Source: Tubiluchus corallicola (taxonomy: Eukaryota; Animalia; Priapulida). From it: a DNA stretch of 64,000 nt. Shown here piece by piece: positions 62,258-64,000 of this stretch. The notes under the pieces were generated by a model. It ran no database searches and was not told the origin of the DNA. It saw only the letters and a list, made by a program, of their open reading frames with translations. Numbering within the stretch: the stretch's first letter is position 1; the number at the start of each line of letters is the position of its first letter. A program made the translations under genes and the position numbers. The stretch is taken from the NCBI GenBank assembly GCA_030141605.1, contig JAQGDQ010000844.1:24431-88430 (forward strand), read 5' to 3'.

Positions 62258-64000
62258 CCTGTTAACAGTTACAGCTGTAGCGTTACAGGTCCAGAATTCC
62301 TACATATTTTTGAGTCACCATAATATTTTTATAAAAATATAATTTATATAAATAAAAGCAAACGTTAAGCCTGTTGGCTATGCATAAATCCGACCGTATA
62401 AGTCGGATTTATCTTGAAGCCAACGTTTCACATTTGTACACCTTAACGAGTGTGGGCGAGAACATCATGGTTTGCACCACTGTCACACTACCGTAGCCTG
62501 CAGGTCACCTTCTAAAATCATTGTTTCAAACTTTCTAACCATGTCTAGCAGTGCAAAAATTGATAAAACAGGCAATTGTTTAACGCTCCACTCTCGCTGA
62601 AACTTTCAATTTATACGCGTTGTTTAATGGAATTTGGCTGGCCGAATAGAAATTGCGCCAGTTTATTTAATTAATAAAAAGTAACTGTATGTGGAGATTG
62701 CAACTACAACAGTGTAAATTACTGGCAGAACTTTAACTAGTTTAAGTATCAAGCTAACCTCTGTCAACAAATACATAAAATTTTGGCGTTTAACGTAAAC
62801 GCTCTCATCTTTGATTCTAGCACGTCAACAAAGTCATTGAATGCACTATTAGAAAATCAATAAAATTCTTGGGTAAAACAAGTAATAATTTAGATAAAAA
62901 ATAACAAAAAAATCTAGCAGCGGACAGATAGCATCGCGTGCTGTTGTTACGACGCTCCATCTGCCGAGGGAAAATGAATTAAAATGCAATTCTTTACGTT
63001 GATTTTATTACCTTTTCAATTGAAATGACTCCAGAATCTTTTTAATGCATATATTATGGTGTAGTTTCTCAAAATTCAAGATTAACTCGTATTCTTATCT
63101 TTAACAAAAGTACATAGGTTGGTGCTAGAAAACTGTATCAAATGGATCCTGTAATTACTGAAATTGCTTTGCATAATACATTATCATGTATCATTATCCT
63201 TCTAATGCAATTTACATTTTTTATGGAAATTTATTACCAGAATACGTAATGTTTTATTGTAATTATTGTAAAGCGTTCTAGAGCATTGATAGTAAGCTAT
63301 AGAAAAGTAAATAAACTTAGCAAACTTGAAAATAACATAGCCGAAGAATTAATTTTGATTCAACCAACACAATTTTACAGGCTTACAGCCAACAAACTGA
63401 ACCAACACGCCTTATAGGTATGGGTAACTCTAGGTTTAAAATTAAATTTGGCGTAATTTATCAGGTTCATTACGATTAATATTATAATGTACAGGTTTCA
63501 TAAAAATGGTGTTCTTATATTGTAATTTTCTTGCTTAGACTTATATTATTAAAGTGACCATCTGAGCATGTAAAACCGTATTATTATAATAGTCGGTAAA
63601 TTTTAAACAAGCCAAAGAGTTATCAATATTAATTTAAAATTAGAATGAGATTGTTTTAACTTGTACTAAAATTTTTATTGCAAAGTATTCCAACGAATTC
63701 CGGTAAAAAATAAATGTAAAATTTAATACCACCTAGCAAACAAAAAACGACTTGGTGGATAACTAAGATAAGATATATAATATATAAATATATTCAACAA
63801 CTATACACGAGAATTTAGCTTCCTGAGCACAAGAACTTACATTGTTAGTTGCAGATAGGAGTGAGTGGAATACTCTCACAAATGGCACTTTTGTCATTCA
63901 ATGTATACAAGAGACGAAGCGAGGATTTAAAAAAGAAGAAAAGAAAGAATTATGCAAATATTTGTATTCGGTGCTAGACCTATTTAACTTTTTTATGTCA

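Overview
AT-rich, intron-rich eukaryotic DNA from an invertebrate animal. It is not prokaryotic, and no CRISPR array or operon is present. Four spliced genes could be assembled by hand with consistent intron phases. (1) The 5' part of a ClC-2-type chloride channel (minus strand, runs off the left edge) with two alternative first coding exons. (2) Head-to-head with it, 113 bp away, a 10-exon PLP-dependent D-threonine/beta-hydroxyaspartate-aldolase-like gene with a probable U12 (minor spliceosome) intron. (3) A somatomedin-B-domain, Methuselah-like family-2 7TM receptor (minus strand). (4) The meiotic crossover cyclin CNTD1/COSA-1 (minus strand). The last CNTD1 intron holds a frameshifted rhodopsin-type GPCR relic whose tail runs into a 1.8-kb minisatellite. 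Introns carry many non-autonomous transposons (Kolobok-, hAT-, pogo- and Harbinger-like MITEs, an RTE derivative, LINE/SINE scraps) and several minisatellites; these account for most long ORFs in the ORF track. All family assignments come from motif recognition by eye, not database searches.
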